Below are positions 59,921 to 64,000 of a stretch of 64,000 nucleotides of DNA, in pieces. Source of the stretch: Squalus acanthias (lineage: Eukaryota); contig CM059432.1 in assembly GCA_030390025.1 (NCBI GenBank), positions 36,768,001 through 36,832,000 of the forward strand, written 5' to 3'. A program made the position numbers and the translations under genes. The notes below the pieces were generated by a model. It saw only the letters and a program-made list of their open reading frames with translations, was not told the DNA's origin and did not search any database. The stretch's first letter is position 1. Every line of letters starts with the position of its first letter.

Positions 59921-60464
59921 TATCCACAGTGCTACATTTCTTCTTACAACACACACCTGAATTTCTCTCATAAATCTCTTATGAGGCACCTATTTCATTA
60001 GTCAGGGTTCCTCCTAATCATCATCTGGTATCAAATGGAAAGTGGCCTTGTGTGAGAGAGTAACAGGTGAGAAACCGGCTCAGTTGTGATGTTGTCTGTA
60101 GTTGAAAATCCTGTTCGGGGCTCCAAGCATAACAGTCAATTGGTATTAGAGGCCTACTACCTCCTCTACAACTATATTTGTAGCATAGGTCAAACAACTT
60201 TCAGAAGAGCTAAGAAAATTAGGAAATTAAAATTATTGGTGGCCATTAACACCATTGCTCTCAGGGGTAAGTGAAAGGAGTGTGTACTAACCCACTGTGT
60301 CATTAGGCCCTCTTTTTAAAAAAAAACATAACTCTTTTTGGACAAAAGGACAGGGTAAGAGGACCCAAAGCCAGTGACTTGCTATTTTTTGATCATGCCG
60401 AATATTAGCAAAATCACAAACTGTGAACACGAGGCTCTATGTGGCTGTGTGTCCCAATTTTTGT

Positions 60465-60800
60465 CCCAACTCTCCTGTAGGTGCTGACTCTTTCTGGGAC
60501 ATAATTCTATGAGCATCAGCAACCCTCAACACTGCTCATTTTTCAACAGGCTCGACAAGAAGTTGCAGGCTTCTGAAAACGCAACCCAGCCCATAGCTGT
60601 CCTTCCAGATGTTCATATATGCGCACTTTCAATTAGGGATCAGCAGGCACTTCCTTCTCTAGCCCAGGAGCTCTGAATTGACTTTTGAAGCATCAATTGT
60701 TGAGATTAACAGACTCAGCACAAAAAAGCAATTGTGCCCAGGCCCTCCTGGGCTGTATGGCTCACAACTACACCAGGTGCTGCCTCTGTGAACTGGGCCA
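60465..60800 (-). mobile_element. LF-SINE-like element
   Basis: Minus strand gagccatacagcccaggagggcctggg...gctgagtc...aatctc...ctgggctagagaagg...gagtcagcacctacagga. Confidence 0.65.
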
Positions 60801-62584
60801 CTGGAAGAGTTATGTAAAATCCTCAACCTTCAGTCTGCAACAACTAGTCTTTGGAAACTCCCATCATACAAACTCAAGTTTCACCCCAACAACAGAAAGC
60901 CTTTCTTGGTCGGACACTACTGAGTAAATGGCTCACAATCCTGGGAAAAGCTTTGCAGCAATCAGGCTTCAAAAACCTTTTCATGCTTTAGAGTAAATCA
61001 CAGTTCAGAGTTGACAACCCTTCTCAAAGATGTTGCGCAATCGATGCCAAAAGATCCGACTGCAACAGCGTTGGAAAAAGACAATCAGCGTTCCAGGGTG
61101 TTTTGAGTGCAACAAGAAATTTATAAATAGGGGACAGTTAGAGCTACAAACCTTATCAGTGAAAAATTAGTGAACAGATCTCTCCGCAAACACATTCTCA
61201 GTAGCAGCTGCTGATTTATGAGCCCTTCCTTCACAGAAAGACATTGCATATTGTAGTGGAAAGGGGGAGAGGAAAGGGTTCAAAAACTAGCGTTCAATTA
61301 TTAATTTTCGCCCTTTCCTTCCTCCTTTCCTAAAGACACTGATCCCACTGGTGTATGATTCATGCCCACCACAGCCCTCAATACCCAAGCTTCAGATAGA
61401 TATGGTAAATTCTTCACTTCAAAATATTCTAACTGGCTTCATAATGATGCTGGTCTCTTTGATCTTCAGTTTTACTTGGCCTTACTTCAAGGCTTTGCTG
61501 GCACCTTCCTCTTCGAGCTCAATCAGGCAGTTTTTTTATAAAAACTCTGCCTGTGTCAGTTCCTCATCCACCCTGACCCCAGCACAATACATAGAATGCT
61601 ATTACCTAAATGTGCAGAGAACTAAAGCCAGATATGACATCACATCTGTTGCTGGCAAATAGAAAACTGTCAAGAACAGAACAACCCATTCTACTTGAAA
61701 CACAGCTAGAATAAGGGAGGCTGGAGTGTGTGTTCCAGGGATGTAAAAGGTGGGTTCAGATAGCACTGATAAATTGCTTGAGCTTTGCAATCATCTTCAC
61801 AACCTCTCAATGCATTACCTAGTAATACACTCCAGTCCATGCAATGCCAGCTCCACATTTACTCCATTCTGTGGTGCCAAACTTGGAATTTTATCAATTA
61901 TATGGTCACAATGTGCCTGATGCAGAGAATAAAACACCACAGTACATATCACCACAATGCTGATAGTCGTGGCCCAGTAATGAAGTCCTGTGTTGGAATA
62001 ACTATGCAGCATTTTATTTCTCACTTGTATTATTAGTCATAACTCATACTGTCCTTCTGGAAAACAGCTAAGGTATCTTTACATTACCTCTCCTCCTCAG
62101 AAACCATCATACTGAAGCTGCATAACATGGGGCTGGAAGTACAACTGAACATATCACTGGAACAAACCATCATCAATTAGGACAGACGAGTGTCAAAACT
62201 CGCAAGACTGCGTCAAAGCAGGTCAAATCATAATTAGACTGTCTTACTGCATGAAATCTGTGTGGCTTCTGATCCTTCCCAGACTTCTTAATCAGATTTA
62301 CTATTTCCTCGGTCCTGTTGCCTTTTTTCCCCTCAAACCTGAGCTGGATTATAAGGCTTCACAATTCCAGGAGTTTGATAACACAGTCCATTTTGTTTGA
62401 AATGGCGTGATTCTTAGTCTGCACCAGTTCTTTAAAAAAAGCATTTACATAATCAACAATTTGTTAACTGTTGTTTTTTTGGGGACTATTTTCTTTATAC
62501 AGGATGTGCTGATCACCAGTTGAAGAAAAAAAAAGATGTTTTGAGTTAGGAAGAATTATGGAAGTTCTTCCTACCAAGTTGAAC

Positions 62585-62915
62585 CTGGCGCAGTTGCGAG
62601 CCTGAAAGACCCACAAACGTTACAGGTCAAATCTCTGAATTGTGCCAAGTTCGCCAATCTCAGCCACAAAACTTTCCTCACTGCCTCCAGCAGGGGGAGG
62701 TTTAAAAGAAACTCCTACAGAATTCCCACACTGACTCCTACTGGAAAGTGTTCACCTGTGACTATCAGGTGGGGAAAGAATCGGGCTTGATTATGGTGGG
62801 CCCTATTGTTAAACAGTCCCCCATCTATCATTGTCTAAGCTGACCCTTAAAAGCAAGGTATGGGGAACCATACATCAGCATGCATCACTGCCTTCAGGGG
62901 AGGAAGGGAGTAAAA
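62585..62915 (+). mobile_element. LF-SINE-like element
   Basis: gatc-like head...actggaaagtg...gaatcgggctt...ttgtctaagct...gccttcaggggaggaagggag. Confidence 0.65.
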
Positions 62916-63347
62916 GAGAGGGGCAACAACAAATCGATTAATATATTAAAAATCATACACCTACGTGCTTTTCGTCAACTTCTTCTATAATAAACTTCTA
63001 TGTCCACATTTATAATGAAAACTGCCTGTTAACTTGTTGCATTGTATTTACACTCTCCTGCCACTGGTGGTGTGGGAGAATCATCACTGGCAGGAGGATG
63101 CAATTACAGTGCGACAAGTTTACATGGGCAGTTTCCATTATAAATGTGTACACATAGGAAATGATAATGGAAATATAAAAATAAAGATAGAAAGCGTGAC
63201 ATGTATGATCGATTAGCACTTTATAAAGTTGAAGTAACAAGCATGGCGGATTGCCCTATGTACCCCTTTAAATCTAGTTTGGTGAGGTATTGATAATTAC
63301 AAAGAAGCAGACCACGGAATGTCCAAACACTGCACTCATTTGGCTAC

Positions 63348-63792
63348 TGTGTCAACCAGTGGCTCAGTTGGTAGCACCCTCGCCTCTGAGTCAGAAGGTT
63401 ATGGGCTCAAGTCCCAATCCAGAGACTTAAGCACAAAAATCTAGACTGAGACTCCAGTGCAGTGCTGAAGGAGTGCTGCACTGTCGGAGGTGCCATCTTT
63501 CGGATGAGACGTTAAACTGAGGCCCCGTCTGCTCTCAGGTGAACATAAAAGATGCCATGGCACTATTTTTGAAAAAGAGCAGGGGAGTTATCCCCAGTGT
63601 CCTCAATCAACATCACTAAAACAGATTATGTGGTCATTATCACATTGCTTTTGTGGGAACTTGCTGTGCGCAAATTAGCTGCCGCGTTTACAACAGTGAC
63701 TACACTTCAAAAAGTATTTCATTGGCTGTAAAGTGCTTTGGGATGTCCGGTGGTTATGAAAGGCGCTATATAAATCCAAGTCTTTCTTTCTA
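63348..63792 (+). mobile_element. Deu-domain tRNA-derived SINE (SacSINE1-like), near full length
   Basis: A box TGGCTCAGTTGG, B-box-like GGCTCAAGTCC, Deu core gtcggaggtgccatctttcggatgagacgttaaactgaggccccgtctgc, tail ggcgctatataaatccaagtctttctttc. Confidence 0.88.
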
Positions 63793-64000
63793 GCAATGAC
63801 ACGAGGAAATACAGGGTCAATACAGTGCATTGTCCCTGCACAGAATTCATACGCCACAATAAAGACTGAAAGTCTCTGTCACATCCTGAATTTTTATGTT
63901 CTATAAGTCAAACTTGTGTAAATCTTTTCAGTAGCAGCCACTCATTTTTTTTTTTTTTAAAAAGGGTTCAAGTCCATTTCTGAAGCAGATGATACGGCGA

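Noticed and set aside
63355..63425. Genuine tRNA gene
   Set aside because: A/B boxes run straight into a Deu SINE body with no acceptor stem; it is a SINE head, as are those near 11200 and 40110.

Overview
Eukaryotic vertebrate DNA. The repeat repertoire (HE1-like V-SINE, Deu-SINE, CR1 and Penelope families) points to a shark or other cartilaginous fish. The window lies inside one minus-strand gene of the KANSL1/KANSL1L family (NSL/KAT8 complex scaffold). Six internal coding exons (51375-51516, 15684-15893, 7849-7979, 7448-7652, 6180-6345, 4933-5100; 1022 nt) have canonical AG/GT boundaries and join in one open frame; start and stop codons lie outside the window. The introns (largest 35.5 kb) are packed with nested retroelements: many CR1 LINEs (one nearly intact), L2, an RTE LINE, a second CR1/L2-group LINE, two Penelope-like (PLE) families, V-, Deu-, Meta- and LF-SINE-like SINEs, and one hAT-type MITE. 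The most notable non-obvious structure is a set of 11 minimal hammerhead-ribozyme motifs carried by PLE termini. Several occur as ~100-140 bp solo insertions with target-site duplications (TSDs) that start at the ribozyme, and four intact ones are in the sense orientation of the host pre-mRNA. Family names come from recalled consensus sequences, not database searches. Repeat boundaries are approximate unless a TSD is quoted.
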